In this document: positions 1-11,201 of the stretch, in pieces
Numbering within the stretch: position 1 is the first letter of the stretch
Layout: each line of letters begins with the position of its first letter
From: Reclinomonas americana ATCC 50394
Lineage: Eukaryota
DNA length: 20,000 nt
Direction: 5' to 3'
Assembly: GCA_048213135.1 (NCBI GenBank)
Contig: PS015059.1
Location: 394,618-414,617 of the forward strand
The notes under the pieces: generated by a model
What the model saw: the letters and a program-made list of their open reading frames with translations, nothing else
The model's database searches: none
What the model was told of the DNA's origin: nothing
Translations under genes and position numbers: made by a program

Positions 1-49
1 ATAATGAGAATGGGGGAGAGAGGGCGCATTCTCTTCACAGCTGCCACAC

Positions 50-1799
50 CTCGGGCGATGGATCTTTCAACTTGCGGAGAAGTGTGCGAATTGCGCGCAC
101 TTTGGTCATGGAGATGGCGTCGACATGCAGATCCTCGATAGCATGCCGGAAAGCTGCAGCGTGTTTCGTGGTTAGCGAAACACAAGGACTCTGTCCACAT
201 CAGCAAAAACGCACCAGCTGCGTCCGCCAGCTCCACTCGCACACTGCGCATGCTTTGATCACGATCCAACAGTACCATGATGGCCGCCATGACGGCGGTG
301 CACTGCATGTGCGAGAGAACTTCAGAAGCGGCAGCGGAAATAAACAAAAGATGTATGCAGTTCGGTACCTCCACTGGCGGCGCTGGCATCAACCGAATCT
401 CCTTCAAGTCGGCATCGCGCACATCGCGCAGTCCACGCATCCGCAGCAAGTCGATTTCCGCCTGCAGCGTCGCGCGTTGTGACTCGAATTGCGAGTACAA
501 GCTCACCACCTCCTCCAACTCGGCTTCGAGGTCAGCCGTGGTGGGAGGCGGTGGTTGCGTGCCGTGATCGGTGCTGGCAGGTGGTGCTGCTGCTGCTGCG
601 ACTGCTGCTGCTGCTGTGGCCTCCTGCCCGACTTGATCGCTTCCGCGGTGTCGACGAGGCCGCCACGTGCGGCGACCGGCTGCACCCACCGTGCGCAACT
701 GCAGTTGCACCTCGTGCAAGTCGCGCTCCCGTCGCTCCGCCTCGATTTCCTTTTCCACCACCGAGTCCAGCAGCGCCACTTTTTGAACGACGGCTCGGAT
801 CCACTTGCACATTTCCGCTGCCGCCATGGAGGAGCGACATACGGCCTGTGGGGAAGAGGCGAGAAGGAGTTGAGCGCAGGTAGGGGGCGGGATGGGGAAA
901 GGGTGCGTACCTCAGGCTCAAAATCTGGGTGATCGAGAAACATTTGCATGCGCTGCGGGAGGTCGCGGGGTAACCTGTCCAGCTGCATGTATCGCAGTTC
1001 CTCAAAGAGTTCCGCTGTGTGTGTGGGAGGGGGAAGGATAATGAGGAAAAAGGATTAAGGAGAGTCTTTGTAACAGCAATATTTTCCAGCACTTCTTCGC
1101 AAGTGATTCTAACTCTCCTGCGAACTCGTGAATGCATTCTTCCGTACCATAGTTGCCGTTCGATGTCTTCTCTGTGAATCACATGCTATGCACACTTGAC
1201 AGCCCCTGTTTGCTCCTCTGATGTATGAGGTTCTGTGCGTTCTGATGCAGCTTTCTCTCACTGTCGCAAGTTGCATGCGGCCTTCTGCTGTGGCGAAACA
1301 GTTGCCTTCTCTCCCTCTCTCTACTTGCTCTCTTACAAAGGCATTTCGCGCTTTGTGACTGTGCACTCGTTGCTTTCTGGCGCTGTTCCCTCACTGGAGG
1401 CTTCTGCGTGGATGTCTCTCGTGTCGCTGTTCTGCTGCCTCACGTCGCTCTCTCCTCTTCTGAATGCAGTCGTGTCTCCATTAACTCGCGGCGCAGACCA
1501 GCCTGTTCTGACGCGTTCTCCCTCACGTGACGACCCACCTGCAGAGTTCTCCAACATTGCCGGCTGTTTGTGCCCAAGCAGCACGGCCAGTGCATCAAGA
1601 ACAAGCTTAACCTGCTCCAACGTCGTCAGGGACGACAGAGAAGTTACAGAGGAACGACTGCGGACGAAACCTTGGTGGGCGGCTTGCGCATGGCACGCAG
1701 CTCGTTGACCGTGGCCAGCGAGAGTCCATTCAGCGTGTCGCTCAGCGCGTGCAAGGGCGCCTCGATGGCGCGGCGAGCAGAGCGCGCAGCGAGAAGGGC
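50..1799 (-). CDS. Partial multi-exon gene: coiled-coil protein with two tandem dynein heavy-chain stalk/microtubule-binding-domain (MTBD)-like modules; 5' end unresolved, 3' end runs off the window
   Basis: Phase-consistent GT-AG exons 1671-1799, 1539-1611, (possible 24-nt exon 1148-1171), 911-1014, 369-845, 215-302, 50-153. Module 1: LSLATVNELRAMRKPPTKVKLVLDALAVLLG...LFEELRYMQLDRLPRDLPQRMQMFLDHPDFEPEAVCRSSMAAAEMCKWIRAVVQKVALL. Module 2: VRDADLKEIRLMPAPPVECTAVMAAIMVLLD...FRHAIEDLHVDAISMTKVRAIRTLL. Both resemble the dynein stalk-head pattern E[LI][RK]S...PP..V..V..A...LL ... F.PE.V...S.AA..LCKW.RA (recognised by eye). Confidence 0.75.
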
Positions 1800-1968
1800 C
1801 TGATAGAGAGATAGGGAGGAGGGAGAAGGGCAAGGGATGAGAAGCGGAGAAGGTGAGAAAGGGAGACAAGAGCTGCATCCGTATATCATCACAAGACAAG
1901 GTTACTCTCTGCAGTGCACACACGCCTTGTCCTGCTTCTCTCTGTGTGCATGTGAAGAAGAACGAAGA

Positions 1969-2460
1969 GATGCGAGGCATGCAGACGTATCTCACGACAC
2001 AAGACAAAGCTTCTCTCTGCAAACGAGTGTGCATGCACATGCAGAGCCTTTTGCCCTTCGATTCTCTCTCTCTCTCAGAGTAAGATGATGCGAGGCATGC
2101 ATCCATCTCGCTGCAACACAAGGCTTCTCTCTGTGAATGAGTGTGCATGCACATGCAGAGCCTTTTGCTCTTCGTCTCTCTCTCAGAGTAAGATAATGCG
2201 AGGCACGCATCCATCTCGGCAACACAAGGCTTCTCGCCGCGAATGAGTGTGAATGCACATGCAGAGCCTCTGCCCTTCGTCTCTCTCTCTCTCTCGCTCT
2301 GGTTGCAACACAAGGCTGCTCGCTGCAAATGAGTGGGTGCATGTACATGCAGTGCCCTATGCTCTTCATCTCTTTCTCTCTCTCTCTCTCTCAGAGGAAG
2401 ATGATGCGAGACATGCATCCATCTCGTTGCAACACAAGGCTTCTCTCTGCGAACGACGCA
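1969..2460. repeat. Degenerate ~110-bp minisatellite, about 4-5 copies
   Basis: Recurring unit gatgcgaggcatgcatccatctcg..gcaacacaaggcttctctctg.gaatgagtgtgcatgcacatgcagagccttttgc..ttcg(tc)n-cagagtaagat, starting near 1969, 2087, 2196, ~2300 (partial) and 2403. Confidence 0.85.
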
Positions 2461-2641
2461 TGCGACTTGCTTCTCTCTTTCAAGAGCAAAGAGGAATGCA
2501 CGAAGACAAAAATCACGAAAAGACGATGCCTGTGCCATGTGTGTAAGCATGCTTGTGTGTGTGTGTGTGAGAGAGAGAGAAAAAGACAAGGTGATTGCAT
2601 GCAGAGGATTGATATCTCCTGGGTTTGCATGTCATGTGCCC

Positions 2642-2680
<39 letters not shown>

Positions 2681-2700
2681 NNNNNNNNNNNNNNNNNNNN
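2681..2700. other. Assembly gap (20 N) flanked by (CT)n and low-quality gtag/tacg sequence
   Basis: Run of N. Confidence 0.99.
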
Positions 2701-2791
2701 GTAGTAGTAGTAGTAGTAGTACGTACGTAACGTACGTACGTAGTACGTACGTACGTCGTCTCGTCCTCTACTACTACTCGTCTCTCGTCTC

Positions 2792-2839
<48 letters not shown>

Positions 2840-3094
2840 CGCGCATATGTGTGACAGCGTGTGCATGCGCGTGCATCAAGACAACTACGATTTCAAAACC
2901 CACACGCATCTCTCTCTCTCACACACTCACTCACTCTCTCACACACACCTTCATATAAGCAGCCTCATAGGCCACCAGTCGACTCTGCAACTCTGCCTCA
3001 CTCATTACGAAAAAAAAAACGACTGCTCATTTTCGCTCGAAAATCTCACTCACTCACACAACTTCTCACTCTCAGAGAGAGAGAGAGAGAGAGA

Positions 3095-3208
3095 ATGAGG
3101 GCGGCGAGTGGCTCCTCTGGTGCTAGTGGAAGCGCCTCTGCTCCTCCAGACCCGTTCTTGGTCGATTCCTCAATGTCGTACTCGGTGAGTGAGTGAGAGA
3201 GAGAGAGA

Positions 3209-3239
<31 letters not shown>

Positions 3240-4946
3240 TGTGAGAGAGAGAGAGGGAAAGAGCGAGAGTGAGAGAGAGTGTGAGAGAGTGAGAGGGAGA
3301 TTAGGCGAGGATAGTCGTCGCCTTACACACTTAATCTCTCGCCTTATCCTTGCCTTCCTCACTCTTTCTCTCTCTCTCACTCTCTCTCTCTCTCTCACTC
3401 ACTCTCACTCTCTCTCTCTCTCTCTCACTCCAGTTCCTTCCTGTGTCACTTCCTGCTTTCCTCTGATGCCTCTCTCCTTCTCACTTCCTTCCTCTCTTGC
3501 CTCACCTTGTGCCTTCCAGTCTTTCCTCTCCCTTCCTCCTCTTCCTCGTCTGCTCTCACTTCTTCTCAAGGTCACTCAGTCGCTCAGTTGCTGCCTCGCC
3601 CGTTCTCCCGTGCTTTCCTCTCATGCCTCTCTCCTCTTTCCTCACTGGCCATTCCTTATTCACTCCCTCACTTCTTCAGTCTCTCTTCTCTCGTTGCCTC
3701 TCCTTGTGCCTTCCAGTCTTTCCTCGCCTCTTCTTCCCAGCTTCCTCACTGTTCCTTTTTCACTTCCTCATTCACTGCACCTCACTTTCTCTTCTTCCTG
3801 CCCTGACTTCCTCTCTTGCCTCTCCTTGCGCCTTCCAGCCTTTCCTCGCCTTCTCTCTCTTCTTCTCAACTTGCACACTGTTCTCTTCTCACTCCTCAGT
3901 CACTCAGTTCCTTCCTCGCTTGTCGTCCCCTGCTTTCCTCTCATGTCTTCTGTCCCGCCTCCACTTCTTCAGTCTCTTTCTGTTTCCTCTCCTCGTGCCT
4001 TCCTGTCTTTCCTCACCCTTCCTTCCCCGTCCCCTTCCTTTCCGTCCTCATCTCTGTCCCCTCTGCTCCCTTCCTCACTCATCCTCCCAGGTCTTCATCA
4101 CTGCTTCACTGCCCTCAATCCCTTCTCTCAACCTCGCTCCTTCCCTTTCCTCTCTCACCCTTTCCTCCCTTTCCCCCCTTTAGGCCCAGGTCAAGGTCGT
4201 CGACCCTCGCTCATGGATGCGCACCCTCGAACGCGCCCGGGAACTGTGCGACGCCCTCAACGTGGCTGTCTCGCAAAAGACCACTCTGCGCGCAGAAGGG
4301 TGCGCGCGCGCGCTCTCTCTCTTTCTTCCCGCAGTGCTCACTCGTTTCCCCGCGTGTCACAGAAAGGACGACAGTCGCCTGAGCACTGAGATCCGCTCAC
4401 GAGAGCACTTTTTGCTGCGACAACTCGACCTTTTGCAGGCACAGCTGGCGGAGATGGCGCGCGATATGAACAAGTACAAGATGTTGCGTCGTCGTCGGTC
4501 GTCGGTGGATAATCTGCCGCAGTGCTCACGTTCTGCTGTGCACGTGCGAATGTGCAGCACGCAAGCGGAGGTGAGCAGGAGGAAGGGGCTGTTGCAGGAG
4601 CTGGTGGCGGATACGAAGCGCGTTCGCGATCGAATCTCGAGCACGCCGTCGGCGGCCAGGTGAGTGCGCCCTTTGCTCTGTGTCTTTTTCTTCCTCCTTC
4701 TCTCTTTCTTGCTGTCTCCATGTATGTCCGTTCTCCTTCACTGTCTTCTTCTTGTTCTCTCTCTGTCAGGAAGTGTGTGCGTTCTCGTTCCGACTCTCTC
4801 TGTGTGTGTGCGTTCTGCCTCGCTCCCTCTTTCCTTTTCTCCCTCTCTCCGAAGCATGCTCTCTCCCTCCCCCTCCCTCCCTCTATCTCTTTGTCCGCTC
4901 TCCCTCGCTGTCTTTTCTCTGTGTGAGAGATTGTTTGTCTCTTCCC

Positions 4947-4993
<47 letters not shown>

Positions 4994-6987
4994 CTCCCTC
5001 TCCCCTCACTCCCTCTCTCATTTCTCTCTCCCACTTTCCTCTTTCAGAGCACGTCTGGGCATCGGCAACAAGGCTCCCGCGTCGCCGTCCAACCCCGACC
5101 TGTCTGCCGACGACAGCGACAGCAACCCGCTGATGTCAGCGCAGGAGATCCGTCACGACACGGAGGCGCAAATGCGGAGTTTTGTCTTCGTGCTGTTGCA
5201 GTTGCTGCTGCTGCGCATGCCACTCACTCTGTCACACAGAACAAGACGAAGTGCTCGACCAGCTCAGCAAGTCATTTCGCACCTCCAAGGACATTGCGGT
5301 GGCGATTGGCACGGAGGTCGGTTGCCTTTTCATATCTGATTGTGCATCGTTGGGCTCACTCTGCGTTCCTGCAGCTCGACGGCCACAACCAGATGCTCGA
5401 CGATCTCGATCATGATGTGGAGGCCACCAACGCACGCATGGTCCGCGTGGTCAGCAAGACCAGTTGCGTGATGCATGACGCGTTTCCGTATCAACACTTT
5501 TATCCCCAATCTTGCTGCTGGTCTTGCCTTGCATTCTCGTATCCGGCCTCTCGCTCTCTCTCACACACACACGCACACGCACACAACACAATCTGCATAC
5601 GCACTCGCACGCACGCTGCGCAGCCTCTTTGTTCATGTTCCACGACTTAAATCTCCTTAACTAGCAGTCTTGTTGGCTCGCTGTCACTAATCTTTTTGTG
5701 TGCCTTTGTTGCCGCACTGTTGTCGTGCTGTCCTCTCTCTCTCTCTCNNNNNNNNNNNNNNNNNNNNNNNNNNNNNNNNNNNNNNNNNNNNNNNNNNNNN
5801 NNNNNNNNNNNNNNNNNNNNNNNNNNNNNNNNNNNNNNNNNNNNNNNNNNNNNNNNNNNNNNNNNNNNNNNNNNNNNNNNNNNNNNNNNNNNNNNNNNNN
5901 NNNNNNNNNNNNNNNNNNNNNNNNNNNNNNNNNNNNNNNNNNNNNNNNNNNNNNNNNNNNNNNNNNNNNNNNNNNNNNNNNNNNNNNNNNNNNNNNNNNN
6001 NNNNNNNNNNNNNNNNNNNNNNNNNNNNNNNNNNNNNNNNNNNNNNNNNNNNNNNNNNNNNNNNNNNNNNNNNNNNNNNNNNNNNNNNNNNNNNNNNNNN
6101 NNNNNNNNNNNNNNNNNNNNNNNNNNNNNNNNNNNNNNNNNNNNNNNNNNNNNNNNNNNNNNNNNNNNNNNNNNNNNNNNNNNNNNNNNNNNNNNNNNNN
6201 NNNNNNNNNNNNNNNNNNNNNNNNNNNNNNNNNNNNNNNNNNNNNNNNNNNNNNNNNNNNNNNNNNNNNNNNNNNNNNNNNNNNNNNNNNNNNNNNNNNN
6301 NNNNNNNNNNNNNNNNNNNNNNNNNNNNNNNNNNNNNNNNNNNNNNNNNNNNNNNNNNNNNNNNNNNNNNNNNNNNNNNNNNNNNNNNNNNNNNNNNNNN
6401 NNNNNNNNNNNNNNNNNNNNNNNNNNNNNNNNNNNNNNNNNNNNNNNNNNNNNNNNNNNNNNNNNNNNNNNNNNNNNNNNNNNNNNNNNNNNNNNNNNNN
6501 NNNNNNNNNNNNNNNNNNNNNNNNNNNNNNNNNNNNNNNNNNNNNNNNNNNNNNNNNNNNNNNNNNNNNNNNNNNNNNNNNNNNNNNNNNNNNNNNNNNN
6601 NNNNNNNNNNNNNNNNNNNNNNNNNNNNNNNNNNNNNNNNNNNNNNNNNNNNNNNNNNNNNNNNNNNNNNNNNCTCTTTCTCTTACCTAATCTCTTCGCC
6701 GTTTTGTCATTCCCACCGACGCCGCTGGACTTCGTTTCTGATGTTCTGTCCCTGTCGCACTCGATGCTGCAGAAAGCTCCCAGTCTACTGTTCTCGCTGT
6801 GATCTTTGTTGATGCACCCATTTCGCGTATCGTCGTCTCCTTCTCTCCCCCTTCCCCTCACCCATCCCTTCCCCTCTTTGCAGGCTGGGTCCTCGAGCAA
6901 GCCAAGAGCTCCATCGGCATCGTCACCATCACCCTCCTCCTGGTGCTGCTGGTGATTGTGTTCCTGCTCGTTTTCAAGGTCATTTGA
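3095..6987 (+). CDS. STX8: Syntaxin-8/Syn8-like Qc-SNARE (~275 aa, 8 exons, C-terminal TM anchor)
   Basis: Exons 3095-3184, 4184-4299, 4363-4482, 4558-4659, 5048-5178, 5240-5316, 5375-5462, 6884-6987 join in frame. N-terminal helical region includes ITQAEVSRRKGLLQEL (syntaxin-8-like). SNARE motif QDEVLDQLSKSFRTSKDIAVAIGTELDGHNQMLDDLDHDVEATNARM is followed by the TM tail IGIVTITLLLVLLVIVFLLVFKVI*. Syntaxin-8 versus syntaxin-6 assignment is by eye. Confidence 0.85.
3430..4180. repeat. Pyrimidine-rich degenerate repeats in syntaxin intron 1
   Basis: Motif cttgtgccttccagtctttcctc recurs near 3507, 3704 and 3825 within a CT-rich tract. Confidence 0.6.
5748..6673. other. Assembly gap (926 N) inside the last syntaxin intron
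   Basis: Run of N; exon phases on both sides (ACC A|GC TGG) are compatible without an additional exon. Confidence 0.99.
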
Positions 6988-7125
6988 AGTGGTTTTTTGT
7001 GTGTATTGTGACGGAAATTGTATGTCATTGCTTTTTGTTTACCTCACCCTCGCACCACGTGGCCTGCGCACGCACACTCACGGGTTTTTAAAAGAAAAAT
7101 GCCCACCCTTTCGCCCTTTCTGCGA

Positions 7126-9253
7126 TTACGGCTCGGGGGCGCGCACGTTACGCGGTGGCACACGACCATCGGAGGGATCATTGCGCTGCCACATCGGCGC
7201 CTTGGAGTACTGGTGCATGCGGTCGGAGAGACACGGGCAGAACAGGAATATGCACAGCGACATGCTAAAGCCGCACGACGGCCAGCAGAGGTAGCCGCAG
7301 CGCAGACGCCCGGCGAAGGCCACGCAAATCCAACAGGTGTTGTACAGCGCCACCTGCGTACGCGGGATCAGTCACCACGGTGAGAAGAGACAGAGAAGAC
7401 GGAGTGCAAGGCGACGAATGACGATGAAGAAAGAGAGTCAGAGAGACAGAGAATGACCTCCGCACACACAAAACTACATGCCGAGTACAACGACCAAGCA
7501 CAGCACATCACTTCACAGCCATTGCTCCTTCACCCTCTTTGAGCCGCACGCTCTCTCTCTCCCTCCGCTCTCTTGCAGTCGCTCTCTCACTCTCTCTCGC
7601 CGTTACACTCTCTCGCCGTCGCACTCTCTCTCTCACACTCTTCTCTCTCTCACTCACACTGCCACTCTTTCTCGCTCTCCTGCTCCCTCATTCTCTCAGA
7701 AGAACAAGCTTTTCTCCCCCACTCTCTCTCTTTCTCTCGCTCTCTTTCTCTCTTGCCCTCGCTGTCGCTGTCTCTTACACACTCTTGCTCTCTCTCGCTC
7801 TCTTGCTCTCTCTCGCTCTCTTGCTCTCTCTCGCTCTCTTGCCCATTCTCGCCTTCTTTCTCTCTCTCTCTCTCTCTTTCGTTCTTTCATTCTATTTCTC
7901 TCTCTCTCTTTCTCGCTTGCTCTCGCTCATTCTCGCTCTCTGTCATCTGTTGCTCACTACCTCTCACTGTCTCTCTTTCTCTCGCTGTCGCTCCCTCTCT
8001 CTCCCCCTCTCCCTCTCTCCCGCTCTCTCTCTCTCTCTCTCTCCGTCTCTCCGGGACGCAACGAAAAACGCTGGGGCCAGCAACAGTGGGGCCAACAGAA
8101 TCATGATAAACCACCACGACGTGCAGCACAGCAGGCTCATGCAGCAGCCGCGATGCGATCCCGGCAGCGTGTCGCTCTTTTGCAGTTCCGGATCCTCCGG
8201 ATCGCGGTTCTCCGTGGGTCGGTACCTGTGTGCCGCCGAGTGTGAGCGACCACACACCATTCGTGTGTCGCACAGCGAGAGAAACGACGCTCACCGAATG
8301 CAGTGCAGCCACGTGCCGAGAATGCCAAATGCATTCAGCAGCAACGGGAACGGGAACAGGCACAGGTACGTGCAACACAGCGCCCAGCACACAGCCGAGG
8401 GCGCCGCGTATCGCGTATTGGCTGCGACATCAACTCGTCAGCGCCGCTCTCCCTTCTCACTCTCCTGTAAAACTCAAAGAGAAAAAGACGCAACGCCGGC
8501 CTGGCTCATGCGTGCCCACCAGCGCCCTCGTGTCACGCGCCAAGAATGGCCATCGCCGCACTCCATCGTAATACACATCCTCCCACTCTCGAGTCGGCTT
8601 CCAATCCTGCGCTGCCTCCTTATCTATCCCCTCCCGGTCGCTCACAGGCTTGCTGGCATCTGCAGGTCGACTCAAGCCCATGCGCACACTGACATGCGCC
8701 GGTCCAATGACACCTCCTGGAGGCGAGATACCACCTCCATCATCGTCCTCAAAGGCCAGTGCGCGCTGCACAGAAGGTGAGAGACTCTGTGGCACACTCA
8801 CAGGCAACAGAGGAGACGCACAGCAGTGGGGACTTCATTGAACCGCGCTCCAGGGCGATGCGGAGTGCGCAGTGCCGAGTTGGGCATGCCTAATGATGGT
8901 TCCTGTGTGATACCGATGAGAGAGTGAGTGACATACACGGGGAGACATGCTGCGAGTGCGCGCAACTCGCTGCGCCTTGGAGTACGACTGCAGAATGAGT
9001 CGCGTTCCAGGCGAAGGATCATTGCTGCCTCCCTCCGCCTACAATCATATCAGTGAGCAGTGAGACATGATTGAACTGCATGTGTGTGTGCTCTTACCGA
9101 GGCTGATAGCAGCGCGCGTGCAGCTGAGGAGGAGCGCTCAGGCGAGGCATTGTCGAGGGCGGCGGAGGAGGAGGCCAGAGGCTCAGTGGAGTCGACACTG
9201 GTGTCGAGGGCGCCGGAGCGGCGGATGATGGGAGAGGCGTTTGACTCGCTCAT
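7126..9253 (-). CDS. Hypothetical Cys-rich multi-pass membrane protein (~350-365 aa) with a disordered Ser/Pro-rich N-terminus
   Basis: Phase-consistent exons 9098-9253, 8967-9038, 8822-8902, 8495-8765 (may contain a further in-frame 54-nt intron), 8295-8421, 8063-8225, 7126-7353. Hydrophobic Cys-rich segments: AVCWALCCTYLCLFPFPLLLNAFGILGTWLHCI, GCCMSLLCCTSWWFIMILLAPLLLAPAFFVALYNTCWICVAF, YLCWPSCGFSMSLCIFLFCPCL. No family recognised. Confidence 0.65.
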
Positions 9254-9789
9254 GTGGAGTCGCTCTTTCTTGCTTTACTGTCACTGAGTGTCGGCGTGTG
9301 AGAGTGTGTGTGTGAGGAGCGGAGTGATCAAGTCCGATATTTAACGGCTAGTTTTCTGGCTGAGAAGTTTATGTGACATCCTCGACCTCAGAGGTGTCGT
9401 CAAGAGTCAAAGGGGTACAGATGCAATGACATTGGGGCAAGGAGAGGGTTGTAGTCGACAAGATCAAGTTTTCGGGAATGCATTTGGCGGACTTGCAAGT
9501 TGTTTGTTTGTTGAAAGGGATCAAGCGAAGGCATCGAGTCCACTGGGCAAGCTGCTGGACGCCATGATGCCAATGGAGGCAGCGCGCATGTGGCGATAGA
9601 GGAGGAAGCGAATAACACCGAAAGCAGAAGAGCACGAGTCCAGAATGCCTCAGACCGAGCGACAACGCAGCGAGTGACAGGAGGTCAATCTCTGCACAAA
9701 GCATCTTCTCTTTCCTTTCACCCCCTTCCCTTCTCCAACTCCCTTCCCTGCTCTCCTTGCTTTATTATAGGGTACATCGAGCGAGAGGC

Positions 9790-11167
9790 TCACCATTCAC
9801 TTGCGGCTTGCAGGCGGATCTTCATTTCGGTGCCTTCGCGCGCCGCCTCCTTGAAGCGCTCCGAGTTGCGGAACCTGGAGAGGGGGGTGTCAGAAGAAGT
9901 GAGACTCACAGTGAGACAGTTGAGGCGGCGTACCTTGGCCAGCAATCCATTCGCAGCGTCCGCAGCACGCTCTTTAGTGCCGGGCCGAATGTGCCGTCGC
10001 CGGTGGGCGGCGGTCTGCGGATGCGAGGACGGATGAGCATGCAGGCGCAGCATGCAAAGAAAGGAGTGATTGTGAGACAACGCAACGGCTGCGACCCAAG
10101 CAGATCAAAATCCACAGGCTCCTCGGCACACACGGCTTGTGCGCGCTGCCAGAAAGTCAAGTTCGGTGGCTCCTCGAAGTGCTTGCGCACTCGGTTCATG
10201 GCCGACGCAGGCTGCGGAGCGCGTGAGGAGACAGGCGCAATGTGAAGACGACTATGGACGATCTTACCAGATTGAGCTCATTCACGGCGTTGTCGGCGAA
10301 GAACTCTGCGGGTAGGTGTGGTGGTGAGATGATGCACGGGAGGGAGAAGAGCGACGGAAAGGTCACGCGTGACGGAAAGGGCAACCTGCAACCGATCCGC
10401 ACTGCCTCCTCGCTACGGAAAGGCCTTCACCCCCTTCCCTCCCCCGCCCCCCCCTCTGCCCTTCCCCTCATTCACCTCTATACATCTCCTCCGCCAACTG
10501 CTCCGATCGATTGCGCTGCGAGGCGGAGCCCGACGACGTGTTACTGATTTGACTGCCGGTTCGCTGCAGCGACGACGCCGACGACATGGATTCGTGCCCC
10601 TCACTGCGCACTCCCTTGTTCTCGCGCAGCAGCGCTGCACGCCACTCCTGGTGTCTCTCGAAGAACAGCAACTGCGGCACAGTGTCAGCGACCACTCACA
10701 TGCTCACATGCATCGATATCGGTTGGACTCACGTTCTCCACGCTCAGTTGTTCCTGCGCAACACAGCAAAACGGCACACGTGAGACGTCGAGGGAGAAGA
10801 GGCGAGACGCATTGATGTTAGACAGGAAAAGACCTTGCGAGAGACTTGGTGTGGCAATGAGAGAGATGATCAACAGAAAGAGAGAGAGGAAAATAGATGG
10901 CGAACGACGAAGCAGGGCTTCCTCATTCATTCTCACTTTCCTTCTGATTTTGTCCCTCCTCCCAACTCAGTGTCTCACAAACGCCCTCTTGCTTTGTTTG
11001 TCACCTAAATTCTTCTTCTTCTTCTTCTTCTTCTCTCTCTTTGTCACATCCTATCAGATCTGCCACAGCAAGTCTATTACACGATCTCTCCCGCATTCTC
11101 GACAATTCAGACAAAGTTGCCTTACTGCCGCCAAGTCTCATGCAATCTCTCCCTTTCTCCCAACCAC

Positions 11168-11201
<34 letters not shown>

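Noticed and set aside
50-1799. Conventional dynein heavy chain gene
   Set aside because: No Walker A/B or AAA sequence is seen, the first stalk head is followed by a second one, and only ~1.3 kb (with a small gap) separates it from the divergent syntaxin start.
1969-2460. Possible CRISPR-like array
   Set aside because: The whole unit repeats, there are no unique spacers or cas genes, and the context is eukaryotic.
2701-2790. gtagtag/tacgtacgt palindromic array next to the gap
   Set aside because: It sits at a contig end and cycles through TACG, typical of pyrosequencing flow-order noise over a microsatellite; probably an artefact.
3241-4389. Long Leu/Ser-rich ORFs (382 aa here; similar ORFs at 4664-5650, 7478-8780, 13836-14756, 15204-16118)
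   Set aside because: These are stop-poor CT/GA microsatellite introns read through; the real exons are short and bounded by splice sites.
5647-6900. ORFs of 330-417 aa spanning the N run
   Set aside because: They are artefacts of translating the assembly gap.
8903-8936. 34-nt intron using a canonical-looking gtatgt donor
   Set aside because: It is much shorter than other introns here; the upstream gttgcgc donor at 8966 gives a typical 64-nt intron in the same phase. Not fully excluded.
7126-9253. DHHC palmitoyltransferase call for the Cys-rich gene
   Set aside because: The spliced model has no DHHC motif or CxxC zinc-finger spacing.
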